A stretch of 64,000 bases of DNA. It comes from Octopus vulgaris (Eukaryota). Location of the stretch: positions 65,720,001-65,784,000 of the forward strand of contig OX597824.1 of the NCBI GenBank assembly GCA_951406725.2, written 5' to 3'. The notes under the pieces were generated by a model, which had not been told where the DNA came from, did no database searches, and saw nothing but the letters and a program-made list of their open reading frames with translations. A program made the position numbers and the translations under genes. Below are positions 1-13,674 of the stretch, piece after piece (position 1 is the first letter of the stretch; the number at the start of each line of letters is the position of its first letter).

Positions 1-204
1 ATAATTACTGGTGTTGATTTCAATCAGTTAGATTCCCTTCCCCTTCTTCCATATTATCTGACCTTGTACATATATCAAATGATTATTTAAGTGTTACTCT
101 GCAATGCAAGATTGATGAGTGAACCATCAAATAAACATTGACTGTATGATATCATGAATTATAATAACTACAAACTATCTCTTATTTTCTTCCTTTCTAC
201 ACAG

Positions 205-332
205 AATCAGTTTTGTTTCTGACTGCCATTGGTGTCCAGATTGAAACAAAGTTCCTGTTTGGTCATTGCACCACCAAATTTATTGACATGACCCACATCA
301 AAGATATAGTCATTCTTGAAGGGGTCAAAATG
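205..332 (+). CDS. PIGH: PIGH (GPI-GlcNAc transferase subunit H), internal coding exon; upstream exons lie outside the window
   Basis: ttctacacag|AA...ATG|gtatg. Reads (E)SVLFLTAIGVQIETKFLFGHCTTKFIDMTHIKDIVILEGVKM, resembling PIG-H ESLLII..LGIQ....FI....KDIVINE. Confidence 0.88.
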
Positions 333-1462
333 GTATGTTCACTCTTTTACATTTATCTTGTTTTTCTTTTTGACATTATCTGTATTGTTGTTGTTGTTTA
401 GCTCCAACCCCAAGTTGCTTCTAACTGAGCAGAGCTATAACCAAGGGTATTCTTTCCATGATTATGCTGTCTCTCAGGTATTGTGTCTTTAGAACTATGT
501 TATACATTGTGTCATTTCATTCTCAAGACAATAAAATCTAATTTGAGGGAGATTTGGCTGTACTTCTATCAGACTGTGACTGCAAATTAGCTCCCTTGTT
601 TTATTGGCTGTCAAATTATAAGCAAATCATATACTGCTACTTGCATAATTACTTTTTATACTTCACAGTTGAGTTTCATTTCATCAAAGGCTGTCATGAT
701 ATCAGCCTTAGAGCAGTCATTATAGTGTTGTTTTGCCCCAAGTCTCCCTTGATTGAGCAAAAGCATTCTCTCTTATTGTGTATTTAGGATTACATTAACC
801 AATGTCATCATCTTTTTAAGATGATAGGGCGTGATTTAGTAGCCACTCTGGTAGGTTGAACAACTACGTAGAAGCTTTTTTCTTGTTGGTTCATTGTTGC
901 TACTGTTATTAAGTAGTTCCAGTCAGCTCTTTTCAAGTTGACAATGGCCCAGGTGGTTAATATTTGAGAAAGATCTATTGGTTCAACATTTTCAGGAATG
1001 CCATGGAACTTTATCACCTGTTCAGTTCATGTCCCACTATGTTCAATGTAGCACATTTGTTTTCAGACAATAGGCATGATAGGGTGTATAGAAAGTCAGT
1101 GTGTAAATAGTCAAATCATAAGGTATAAGAAATTCAACCTAAAAATCTAAAGTTTATAGCCTACAATTTGTTTTAATGCCTTCATTTGAGGAGGAATGGT
1201 AGTGCTTATGACTGCTTTGAGGGCCTCCATGACTAGAACAAGGAAGGGAGAAAGTTATCTTCATATCGGAAACCTATCTTTGATGCTTACAACAGAAGAA
1301 ATCAATTAAGAAATTATGCATTTTTGTTTAACAGGAGGATTTAATTTGCTTCTTTAACACGGCCTGACTATTGACCAGAATCAGTTTCAGCTTCATGGTT
1401 TTATTTATTAGATCTAGATGAAATTCAAATATTGAGCTGTCTATTGTGGTTGATGTTATTAA

Positions 1463-2355
1463 CCCCTTAATGGATCAATTATTTTGACATGGTGTTTCAT
1501 TTCAGAACATATTTTTTTATTTCCTTTTTTAATTGTATACACTGTGTTAATTACAAAAAAAAGTGTTTTTTTTATCTTGTTTCCTTTATTTTTTATTATA
1601 GAAATTAAAATGTACTTTTACTCATTTGGATTTAAACGAGTTAACTCGGACATTGAAAAAATACATATAACTTAACTATCTTCGATTTTTTATAAGATGT
1701 ATTGTTTTTAAATCAAAGGAAAATTTTTTTTAAATGAGATAGACAGTTTATTTAGAATGATAATTTTTAAAACAAGGAGTTACACACAAAGTTATCTTGC
1801 AAACATCACACATGTACCTGTTTTCTCTTCGAATCGGTCAAGCAATTGATTTCATGCCATGCACTTGCATCTATCTGATTATCTTCTTTGTCATCTTCTG
1901 AAAAATTGTCAGAGTCTGAACTACACATGTCTAATTCATCCCCAGAGCTTTCCAGATTGTGAAATGAAAAATCACTTTCGTGATTGCTGAATATATCTAA
2001 ATCTTCATCTGTTTTGAGAAAAAAAAATGCATAAATAATTCCCTTACTTGTATAAATAATAGAAAATCAAAACAAGACGGTTCTAAAATGACATCAACCT
2101 CCTTCTGAATCTGTGTATGCACTGAAGTAAAAGTTCAAAACTCAGAAGCATAAATTCTTTAAAATGGCACCAGAATATGTGCTGCCAGGTGTACGGCAAC
2201 GCAAGTCAATTCGTGATTGCTCAAAAGTGAAACGACACAAAACAAACTTGTTTAAGTACTAAAATTAAAAGTTAATTTTAACCAAGTTTACTTGTCCGCT
2301 TCTAAAAAGATACATTTGCAATGCACCAGTAAACTCGGGATAATCCATTAAGGGG
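1463..2355 (-). mobile_element. Internally deleted piggyBac-like DNA transposon
   Basis: TTAA at 1459-1462 and 2356-2359 flank 13-bp TIRs CCCCTTAATGGAT / ATCCATTAAGGGG. Internal minus-strand acidic (D/E/S-rich) remnant near 1880-2010. Confidence 0.8.
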
Positions 2356-3437
2356 TTAACAAGACACATTACTTACTCTGTTTGCCACATATGCCTGCCT
2401 AACAGCAAGTAATATCGTTGCTTCTACTATATACTATTGTACTGTAATGGTGTTCAATTGTAAAAGTATCTTGCTTCAATAATTCACATATAAATTACTG
2501 AATTTGAAGAACTACTCTACCTATGCAGTCTGAAAATTTGGATGTTGCAAGATGATATCTCTTTTGTTTTATTGCATGACAGAGAACTGGAAATTTGATG
2601 TTAAGTATGAAGAGCTGTAATGAATATTCTATGGTACCCTTATTCTTGTTTATAATTTTGTGATTCTGAATTCAAATCCTGTTGGAGAAATGTTCTATCC
2701 TTACAATATTAAAATACCATTAATTCTACTGGAAATTGAACCCTTAACCTATACTATTGTCATCACTATCATCATTTTTTTATGCTGGTATAGAAGGGAT
2801 GGGTCTTTTCCAGCACAGTGTCTGGTGAATCTTTGCTGTTGTGTATGCTATTATGTTTTTTTGTTAAACTTTACTGCAAAGACTGGCTGCATTTTATTGT
2901 ACCATCAGCAGTAGGTAGGTTGTCTGCCCCTGCTACTCTATCAGTTTTAATTCAGAGTTGCTACTCTCCTTGATGAACTGTCATGGCCGAGGTTTTATGG
3001 AGTCCACAGCTCCTTTGTGTTGAAATGCCATATCACTACATGATGCCAGAAAAGAGGGTTATCAAATGATATTATGCTACCTGGAAAGGTTCGTATTTGT
3101 GGTAGTGGTGGCAATAGTGCATATATTGTTAGTACATTTCCACATTGTCTGCCACAGTTTAGCACTATTTACATTATCTGGTGCTGAGTATCATTCCACA
3201 TGAACATGCACAAGCATTAGCTATGTTCAGTATTACCTATTCTGTTCATCAGTGTATACCATTGGCATTATGTAGTTAGTGATCAGCATAATTTCATATA
3301 GAGTTGATGAGAGACTGCACTCTGATCCACTTATGCCAGTCAGAATATTAACCCAGTAACAATAGGATGATGATGATGAGTAAATAAGCGTTTCTCATAA
3401 AGAACTTGCCAAAATTTGATGTGGCTGATCATATTAA

Positions 3438-3635
3438 CACTTTTATGACCATATTTTTAACATACATTATTTGTTTCAATTAATTCTTATAATTATCAAG
3501 TATTTAGGGGAATTCAGTAAAATCATTTTTTCACTATTAAACTTAATATGAAATTATGGTAGAAGGTATTTAAGTATGAAATAATGCTTGAAAACAAGAG
3601 GTTTTTATATAGAACCAGAGGTGGTCTTGTTAGGG
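3438..3635. mobile_element. Degenerate copy of a ~200-bp TTAA-flanked MITE family (also ~10418-10566, ~47580-47778, ~54620-54843, 58777-58995)
   Basis: ttaa-CAC/CCC...GGG-ttaa ends. Internal sequence is shared with the cleaner 58777-58995 copy. Confidence 0.55.
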
Positions 3636-3826
3636 TTAATATCTAAAAGACTTGATGGGTTGGTTGGTTAAATTTCTTCCCAGCATTATCATTAGTATCA
3701 TCATTATCACCACAACCTCTATCATCACAATTAATATGTAAAAGTAGAAACGCTAATGAGTTACTATGTTTCAAGATCTCACTCTAATGTAGGTTTTACT
3801 TAATTTTCAACTGGTTTCTTTTCTAG

Positions 3827-3904
3827 CACCACATCATCTTTTATTTAGCTTTGTTACTTCAGAAGCCAAACAAGGTATGGAGTGGCATACTACCCCTGTT
3901 CACA
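3827..3904 (+). CDS. PIGH: PIGH penultimate coding exon
   Basis: ttttctag|...ACA|gtaagt, 78 nt, phase 0. Reads HHIIFYLALLLQKPNKVWSGILPLFT, resembling PIG-H QKVIYYLCILL...VVPVF. Confidence 0.85.
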
Positions 3905-5184
3905 GTAAGTAATCTAACCTTTGGTAATTTTAATACTAGAATACATAGCATGGTATTCTGTTAGAGCATTAAGTAGTTGTTTAGATATCACTTTGTATAA
4001 TGATTCAGTAGAAAATGGAACAATTCTCTTTGATCTTCTGACCTCTTGAAGCCCATGGACATCCTTACCTCCATGGGCTTATTTAGTGATGCAAATTATC
4101 AAGTAATACAGCTCTCATATTTCAGCAGTAAACTGTACTTCATGGAAACACCTATATACAGCTGAATAGAATGAGCCACTGTGAACTAAATTGCCTTCAT
4201 TATGAACACAATACTGACATGATGGTAATCATCAGACAATAAGTCAATCAGTATCTAATTATAATCAAGAACTTTAGTATGTGTCTAATCAAAGACAGAT
4301 TTTAATTAAGTTTTGATCAGATTTTTTATGTTTATGTAAAAAAATGAATAAAACAAACTGAATTTGCTCTGCTGGATGTATAATGTAAAACTTAAATAAA
4401 AGCTAGGAATGTTAGATTGAGTCTAATTTGAGGCTGAGAAAGTTGCATGCAGTAAGAGATGATGGTTGAATGTAATGCAGAACTGAGTGAGAAGACTGGA
4501 TGTAGTGTAGAGTTGACTGAGATTTAGAATATTAGAAAAATATATTAGTGTACTGAACCTTTTTATTGGTGTATATGTTTGTGTGTGTCACACATCTTAA
4601 CAAAGGAGTATTACACAGAACCTATAAAAAGCTTCATATCAGTGACAGGATAGGTACATGGGAATGAATGTTTCCCTGCATTACACATCAAATGATTTTA
4701 AAATAGAAGGCTATGATCTGAGGGAGATTTGGGTGCTATTTCTAGCATGTCAAATGTCCTTAATTGGCTCTTGGTAGTTGCAAATGGGTCCAAGTAGATA
4801 CTGGATGGCTTTGTTTTCAATTTGTTTGTAGAAAGGGATCTATCACAGATTGCTTCTAATTTTGGCACAACCATAATTCTGGTGGAATTTGAACTGAGAC
4901 ATAATGACATGTCACATACAAAAACCCAGTAAAATGTATTAAAACATTTGGGTTAGTTATGGGGGATAGATACAATACACATAAGTTAAGTAAAATTCTA
5001 GGCTAGATTATTTATTTTAAACCTTAGTTTGTGTACGTAGTAGAGAGAGGGTAGCTAAGATAGAAGTCAACCAAAAGAACTAGGTGATGGAGGATAACAA
5101 TTTTTTTTTACCATTATGCCTAATCTCTTCATTAGTTTCAGCTTTCTAAAGCCTAACTTTATTATCTCTTTATTATTGCAACAG

Positions 5185-5262
5185 CATTCATGGCCCAAGC
5201 TCTGCATCCTTCAAACATTGTGTAAAACTGTTCATTCGAAATTTCCAAACCTTGGCGCATAA
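5185..5262 (+). CDS. PIGH: PIGH terminal coding exon
   Basis: gcaacag|HSWPKLCILQTLCKTVHSKFPNLGA*, resembling PIG-H SAKPRLDCLIEVY. AATAAA at 5471-5476. Confidence 0.8.
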   Translation, partial: HSWPKLCILQTLCKTVHSKFPNLGA

Positions 5263-5370
5263 TGAACAACTGAAAGTAATCAATCACCACTATTGCCTTC
5301 TCTGTTAACATCTAGAGTCAAGACTCTAGTAAATCTCTCAGGAACATTGACATTGTTTTCTTTTTGTTTG

Positions 5371-5473
5371 TTTTTATACCATCTGTATTGAGTTTTCCTT
5401 TTCACTTCAATTGTTTTTCTTTTTCTTTTTCTTTTTTATACCATCTGTATTGAGTTTTCCTTTTCACTTCAAT
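5371..5473 (+). repeat. Local direct duplication (~40 bp) in the PIGH 3' UTR
   Basis: tttttataccatctgtattgagttttccttttcacttcaat occurs twice; the second copy runs into AATAAA. Confidence 0.85.
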
Positions 5474-7179
5474 AAAGAAGTTACAAATATTACGAAGATG
5501 AAAAAGATTACTTATGCATCAGTAATTTAACCTTTCAATAAATAGAGATTGATAAAATAAGTATCAGACTGAAATAAGTACTGGAGTTGATGTGCCCAAA
5601 GACTGAAAACAGTAAAAGACTATAAGAATGTATACTTCTGATGTGTGTGTGTTGTTGCTAGACTTTACCATTCTATTTAACTAAACATTTTGTGTATCTG
5701 TTATTAGCATCATAGTCTATTCTCTTATTGTCCTCCCCTGCACCTTCTGACTAGATTTTAAATGAGTTCAAAACCAGTCAAAGAAAATGTGTATATATAA
5801 AAACAAGGTATCTGAAGATAATAGGGAATATACCAATTGAAATATGGACAACACACACACACACACACAAAAGCTCAATTTGATTTCCTTTGCAATCAAC
5901 TTTCTTCCATGATTTATTGGTTCTTCATTATAACAGAATGGTATTCATCTAGTCATGGTCTTTGATGCATTTATTTTTTATTCATTTTTCAATTATTGCA
6001 AGGTGAGAGTTGTATTTTATAGTGACTTCATAAAATGATCATAAAATTCCCATTAAAAAACAGTGGAAAATATTGTAGAGCAAGAAGTAAGCACAAACGT
6101 ATGTTATATTGTTTCAGTCCCCATTTGAAGCCTGTCACATTTACTTGTGTTAAATTAATGTTAACTAAGAGGGAAGTAAAAGTACTCTATCAATATGTTA
6201 CTTTTTTACCCATGAAAAGCCATGAGAATATGTCTTAAAATCTTCACATAAATTTGAGGCAATGTTTTAAAAGGACATTTTGAAATACCAAATTACGGTT
6301 TTTTTTTGGGGGGGGGGGTGCACTTGAAAGGATACAAAATATTTCTCACATAAGTTACAAGCACACATGTAACCAAATTCATCTCATAATTCATTGACCA
6401 GATGGAAGATTAGTCAACTCCTATATGAGATGAGTATTTCATAACATTTCTGTCGAGTTTCTGTGGCTCTTCATTACAGTCATATAAAGTGAGTTATGTA
6501 AAATTGTCTAAACAGACACACACAGAAACATCCATCAGTTGATATGAACTCCTGACCTAAGGGGTGGTAATTTGAAACCTTATTGTGAGTGTAAGGAGAT
6601 TGCTCTCTCTCTCTCTCTCTCTCACATTTACTCAGTACTACTGTAAACAGAAGTAAATGTTTCTATGCCCTTTAGCTTGTTAGAGGAGCACCAATTGAAG
6701 ATTTCATTTTGCAGTGTCTATACTATTGCTTGCTTGGTATCACCCATCCCTTAGTACATGACAGTTAAAGAAGAACTGAGCACACAAGTTAATTTTTCTT
6801 TTTACACGTATAAATCAAGTGTAGTGGAACTGAATCCAGTCGTATGCTGTATGGTACCTTGGGTAAGTGTCTTTTACCATAACCCTAGGCCAACCATAGC
6901 TTTGCAAGTGGATTTGATTGAAAGAATCCTGTCATATATGAATGTATGTATATGTTTGTGCCTCTTTGCCTTGATATCATGGAATAGTTGTAAGCAAGTG
7001 TCACTGTCATACAAGCAGTGTTACTTGTTTCCCAACTTTCATGAAAACATATCTAGTTGTGGGATCAAAATTACCCTGCTTGAAAACAAATATGGGTTGG
7101 CAATAAGAAAGACATCTGCCTCAATGAATTCCATCTGACCCATGCAAACATGGAGAAGTGGATATTACAATGAAGATGA

Positions 7180-10070
7180 TGATGACAATCATTATTTTAC
7201 ATTCATTTTCTTATACTGGCATCATTTGGACAGATAGTCTCCAGCAATCCATTACTTGTAATTCCTGTCATCTCTATGTGAGTTAACATTCTGAGATTAG
7301 CTTTCAACATGTCTTCCTACATTTTCTGTCACCTTTATCTCCTGCAGGCTCTCTCTACTTAGATCATTAGGGACATCATTAAACTCACATTCTTCATATA
7401 CATTGCATCTCCATACTACTGCAATCTTCTTTCTCTCTTGGACATTGCTCATTTGTACTCTATCATTCATATATGCCAACAATGTATTCAGTGGAGCATG
7501 CTCATCTCATTTCTTTCTAATCTCCGCACATCCTTTGCATCTAGTGCTCATGTTTTACTACCACATTTCACAGACAGTCACTATAAAACCTGTTCCTTTA
7601 AAAGAAACCTTTATTGTCTACAGGGATAATAGTTTCCTTAATATTTTTTTTCCTCTCATCCTTACTCTGGCTGTTACATGTTTGCTTTACATATCTTCAC
7701 TACATAGGTAAAAGAAGCTGTCAACTACTTCTTGCAAACCTCTACAGTTGAAATAATTCATGTCATGAGTGATCTTACTGCTGTACATCTGCTGCATATT
7801 AATTCTCTGTGAACTTGCTGTGACTTTTGTATCTATAGTTTACATTGATTGTCAGTATATAGAATTTCTACCTGTTCTTTCGGTGTATATTGAGCATGGC
7901 CATTTTCCAGATGAGTTACATGTTCTATCTTGTTAACTGAAATGTTGTCTTTCCTAGGTTTATATTTAAACCCCTTGATTCTAAGCCCTGCTTCCATGTT
8001 TGGAACTTTTCCTCTAATTTTTTAAATGATAAGGCTATTAAAACTAGGTTGTTAGCAAGCAGGAGTTTAGTTTCCAGGTACAGCTGGTCCTATACTCCTT
8101 TATTACAGCAGAGGGAACAATAATAAACAAGAAAGATGAGAACCAAGCTTTGGAGAACCCCAATTTGCACACTAAATCCCTTATTGAATTCATTGCCAAT
8201 TCTTACCTTGCTAACAGCAACACTACTTGTCTTCCACAGCTTTTGCAAACCTTTTATCTACACTGAGATAGTGATCACCAGACTACAAAGTGAGGTACTT
8301 TGTTAAAGGCCTCCATGTTAATGTATGGTAGGTATAGTGGCTAGCACTTAGCTAAGAACTTCTGTTCTTTGTAGAAGAAAAATAAATTATAGTGCATTGA
8401 TTTGTTAGAAATTTTTTAAATCCAGCATTTCAGACACTTGTCCTTTAGAAAGTGACTGTTTTAATTCCAAAGACAAAATTGTTGAATGAGAAATGGAAAA
8501 AAGTGATGGAAGTGTAGATGTAGGGAAAGAGGGGTAAAAGTCAGTGTGAGCTGGCTGACAAGGATGGAAGTAAAATGAGAGGGAGAGAGGTCAAATTTCA
8601 GAGTATGAACTATGTCAGTTAAGTGGGAGATAACTAGGAAAGCAGGACAAAAGAGGCAAATACAGACCAACAAGCTGGGCAGGAAGAGGAGAGAAAGAGC
8701 CAGTGAGCTGTCAGAACTAAAGAATGTGAAGGAAAAGTCTTCTGGTTTTAAAGGAGTGGTTAGAATATTTATTAAAAAAAACATGTCTACAGAAAGGATG
8801 TAAACAAGTACGTTAGGCTAATTTTTAGAGGTGATGGGGAGCTGGAGGTTTTAAAAATAGAATAGTAAGCAAGTACACTAACTGCAAGAACTACATATAT
8901 AAAAGCATATTTTATACTGCAATATGAGCAAATGCAGACTTCTTACAACACAAGATGATAAATAGTTATCTCTATTTTTTATTGTTTCAGTCATTGCACT
9001 GGGGCATTGCCTTAACGAGTTTAGTTGAACAAATAAACCCCAGTACTAAGTTTGGTACCTATTCTATTGGTCTCTTTTACCAAACCACTAAGTTATAGGT
9101 GTGTAAATAAACCAATACTGGTTGTCAAGAGATGAATTGGGCACACATATACATGGCAAGTTTTCACAGTTTCTGTCAACCAAATTCATTCACAAGGCAT
9201 TGGTTAGCTCAGGTCTGTAGTAGTAGACATTTTCCCAAGGGGACATGCAATAAAGACTGAACATGAAGCCATGTGGTTGTATAGTTAGCTTCTTAACCAC
9301 ACAGCCAATGCAAACAAATAAAAACTGTAAACAGAGATGGTATATGATACATTATTTTGTAATCTACAACACAGGCAAACTTCTTCCAGCTTTTTTCCTT
9401 GCTAGGTGTATCTGACATTGACCTCAACTCCAATACCAACTGCTCACTTTTCCAGACCTGTTTTTTTACCTGATGACAGTATACAATTCCACCATTATGT
9501 CACTCTCAGATTGTTGCGCTTAGCAGGTTGTCTTGTCTCTATGTCAATCCTGTATCTCCTCATCATAGGCATTGCTTGGTACTACTTTGAACTTACATAT
9601 GGCAAAAGAATCTTTCAGTTTCAACACCTTTTTCTTGTTGGGTTTTCTATCTTTAAGTTCATGTAGTCCTTATGTTGAGGTTATTATTCTGTGCTATATA
9701 GTACAGTCTTCACTTAGGAAAAAAGTATTCACAGCCAATTGCCCGTCTTGTTTTCTGTTAAGTATAAAGTCTTTCTAGCTTGCATATTTGCTTGAGTGGT
9801 AGGCTGGCCTTTTAAAATTTGTGATGCAAATGTTAAAGCACTTCTCAAAAGCTAAACCAATTTGAACCCTTCTTTTTTTCCTTTTGCTACAGCCATAGCT
9901 CTCATGTACACTTTCATACCCATCCTTGTGTTGTTCAACATGGCTATTGAAATCCCAAGCCACTATTAATAGGTCATCTTCAAGAGTACCTCATAGAAAT
10001 GGTTTATCTGCCAGTCCTTGCTGTAGTACACAGGCAGAAGTTATTTGCTAGTATATTGGCTGTAACTAGC
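7180..10070 (-). mobile_element. Heavily decayed RTE-type LINE (endonuclease plus RT remnants), interrupted by a SINE at ~8975-9310
   Basis: Minus-strand DFNSHV...GYESVH.SYG (AP-endonuclease GDFN motif, ~9960-9880) and M.(K)AFNKVP...VRIGNE..FSVQIGVLQ RT remnants (~8330-8120). Many stops and frameshifts. Confidence 0.65.
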
Positions 10071-10147
10071 CTTAGCTTCATAATTGTTACATACTCTCAC
10101 AACCTCAGTCTATTTCTCTGCCAGAAAAGTATTTATAAATACACATA

Positions 10148-10191
<44 letters not shown>

Positions 10192-12096
10192 CATACACAG
10201 TTCTGTAAAATATGATGATAATCATTTTTCTGGTATGCTTTCATAAATGAAAATTTATTTTTTAAAAAATCTGATGATTTGAGAAGCAAACAAGCTTAGA
10301 TTGTCAGCTGAAGGAGGAGCAACATGAAACTCAGAGTACTAGCATTTTTGCTGAAAACTTAAGATTGTTTAGCCCTTTTGATACCTATTGGCATTTTTGC
10401 TGAAAATTTAAGATTAACTCTTTTGATACCTACTCTCATGACATCGCTTGTAGTTGTAAAAGTATGAACTTCCTATTTTAATGTGATCTAAATTAAAACT
10501 TTCTGTCAAAAAAATTAATTGAAGCAAAGGAAGTATATGCTAACAGAAATATGGTGACAAAAGAGTTGAAATTTACCCCTCTTTCCATAGAACACTATCA
10601 TTAAGGGGTTTCTTATGATATTAACAAACAATCTGATCTGTACACTGTATTTCCCCTGATTTGTCTTTCTTATGTTATTAACCTCTGGTTAACAGAATTA
10701 AGTTATTTGATGAAATAAAGAATTTTTAAATATGCAACATTATTAACTATATAATTGTTCTTTGACAATTTTTAACTTACAATTCTAATAATTGTTTTTC
10801 TTTTAAATACTTTCCTAAACTTAAAATTGTTTAATGTTAATTTTTTAAAATATTTATTTCATCCATTAGTTTTAAAATGTTCTGGTATTTTCTATTGGAA
10901 GTTAAATGCTTTTTTGAAATGTCACAAACTTGATTGTTTCCTTTTATTTGCAAGCATAAATAAAATGTTTTTTTTATTAAAACACATTCAAGGGTTCACT
11001 GAGTTTTGCATGTCAGACAGAAAAGCTGTTTTAACTATACAAGTGTAATACACTTTCGAAATGAAGTTGATGAGTTTTGTTTTTAAGTATGATTCTCTAC
11101 CAGTGTTACTCTCCTCTACTGTTCAAACAAGTCTGCAAATAAAGCATCTTTCTAAACATTCCAACATTGCTTTACCAAAATAGACTAATATTAATTTTCC
11201 ACTATTGCTACACTTTCATGCAAATTATTCTATATTGTTGCACAAGTGGACCTCAAAGCAAGCTTTAGTAAACCATCTCACTCCAAGTGAAGACTTGGAG
11301 TGAGATAGTATCTTCTGGTATACTCCTTACCAAAGTTCTAACTTTTGAAGTTGTCATCAAATTTAAGTTGACCCAAAATCTTAATATTTAACCTTCCTCT
11401 ATTCCATCTTTTGTTTTTGCTCAATACATACCATGCTAGTTTTGCTTTCTTTCATAGCTACTACATGATTTTTGGGGTACTAAAATGATTCGGTGTACAA
11501 TTGCAGTTCTGTTATATGGGAAAGTATTTAATGAGTCAAGTGATCACAAAATATTTTAGAAATACTTTTATTCAGATATTTTTTAAACATGGAGTTTTTT
11601 GTAAATTTAAAATAATCATCCATTGTTATGGAAACATGAAATGTAAGAGATGGGAACAGACTGTTTACAAAATATTTCCAGATGGATGTCAAAAATTCCA
11701 CAAACTGATACACACCTTATAACAATATTAAGGATATTTGCCATGCATTGCTGAGATTTCTGCTGGACAGCTTCACCATAGCAATATATTTTAGTCTTAT
11801 TAAAAAATATTTATTTGCTATTTAATTCCAAAAGAGGCAAATATCTCTCAATATCAAAGTTTTTCTTTTATATGAGGCCTGACTTTCATAGAACCAATCA
11901 AAGCCATGAATTAACATGATATTTGAGATGTTAGTTATCATAAAAATATGACATAGCTAAGATATGAAAAATGGTCAATATGACAAAGGTATCTAAATGT
12001 TAAATAGTTGCCTAACTGCAGAATAAATTTTTTCATTTGTTTAAAAAAAAAAATGATGAAATAAAAATGAAGAGAGATAGTGTGGTTCTGCTTGCT

Positions 12097-12193
12097 TTAA
12101 CCTGATCCAGCTTGTTTCCGCAGCATTATATAGATTTTCTCCTTCATCCACTCTTTGTTGTGTGGAACATAAGTCCCAGTAGATTTTTGGAAT
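12097..12193 (-). CDS. ERH: ERH (enhancer of rudimentary homolog) exon 4, terminal
   Basis: ctttcatcag|A then FQKSTGTYVPHNKEWMKEKIYIMLRKQAGSG*, matching the ERH C-terminus ([21 protein letters not shown]). Confidence 0.95.
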
Positions 12194-12592
12194 CTGATGA
12201 AAGAAAAAAAATTTAACCTTTTAGGTTTTGTAAGAAGAAAATTTTGTTAACTTTATTTTTAAAATCCCAAATAAAATTTTCTATTTTATAAAACAAAATT
12301 CACTATTTCTTTAAAAGAATCACCTGTAGTCAAAATCCTTTGCAATTAAACAAAGTGTGATAATAGTCAGACATAAAAAAGACATGTTAATAAAAACTTC
12401 ATAATTGTTTTAAAGAATTTGCAATGAATATGCTTATTTAACTCCAGTTAAGTCCTGATTGAGAAGGGCATACAGCTGTTACTATTTTTTTACCTCTGGG
12501 TCAGTGTATCTTGCACTACATTATCCAAAGGCAGTAGGTTTGTGCGTGTGTAATTATATATATAAAGCAATATGAAGTTTGGAAGTACTTAC

Positions 12593-12713
12593 ACAAGACA
12601 TGACAGATCAGTGAGTTCATCAATAAAATCAAACAACTGACTAATATCATATGTGATGGAAGGACAAGCTGGGTTCATCCTCTTCAGATGTTCTTCATAG
12701 ATTTTGCAAATTC
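12593..12713 (-). CDS. ERH: ERH exon 3
   Basis: tttgtag|...|gtaagt, 121 nt. Reads (G)[39 protein letters not shown](V), near-identical to the ERH core. Confidence 0.97.
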
Positions 12714-12823
12714 CTACAAACAAACAATATATTTAGTCAATCTTCCTCAGAGAAGTAAAAAACAATCTTGAAACTGTTAGCCATAGGAGTGAACTGATTC
12801 CAAATGGCTCTATAGCAATAATA

Positions 12824-13674
12824 TTGGGTCATCCCGTAAATAATGCAGTTTTTCTTTTATTTTTCAAAATTAAGATAAGCTTCTTTTCTAATCTGAAATA
12901 TACTCTCCATTTTCTACAAAGCTCTTTCATCTCCCTGGTAGACTTGCAAGACACTTCTTTCAAAATTCATTTATCCGTCATGAAAAATACTCCAAGTACT
13001 GCTCTGACTTCATCTACAGAATTCATATTTTTTCCATCCAAATGACTTTGAAGACTGCAGAGTCCGGCAAATATGGTGGGTGGGGCATAGTTACCCATTC
13101 AAACTGCCTCAGCCTTTGGAATATCATCCTTGCTTAAGTAGCCAAGCATTATCCTGATGGAAGAACACCTTTCATCTTGAAACCAAAGATAGTCAATTTT
13201 CTTTTAGCATTGACTTAAATGACCAGATCCAAGCTTCTCTGTTAGTTCCTCAACAGTTTCAATGGGATTTTGTTCCATCAGGGTTTGCAGGATGTCCTCG
13301 TCAAATTCTACAGACCTTCCAAGACGAGGCTCATCTTCTAGGCTGTAGTTTCTGGCTTCACTGTTGACACTGGCTTATGCTTACTGTTCGATCCCCATAT
13401 ACTGCATTAATATTCCTTGCACTTTCCATTACATTGTTGCCTTTATTGAGCTCATAAAGCAAAATATGCTGAATATGCTCCTTTGTCACTTTCATTATAG
13501 CTTTGAAAAAAAAAACTTAAAATCGAACTACACTTTTCAAAATTTGCACTAAGAGTAAGGACAAAGTAAAACTACCTGCTTTTATAACAAGTTGATGCAG
13601 GTAGTTTATCCTGTGCCCCTCTGACTTTTGGTCCATGCAATTGAAAAAACTGCATTATTTATGGGATGACCCAA
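12824..13674 (-). mobile_element. Internally deleted mariner in ERH intron 2
   Basis: TA target duplications. TIRs TTGGGTCATCCCGTAAATAATGCAGTTTT / AAAACTGCATTATTTATGGGATGACCCAA. Remnant MKVTKEHIQHILLYELNKG HTH start. Confidence 0.88.
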
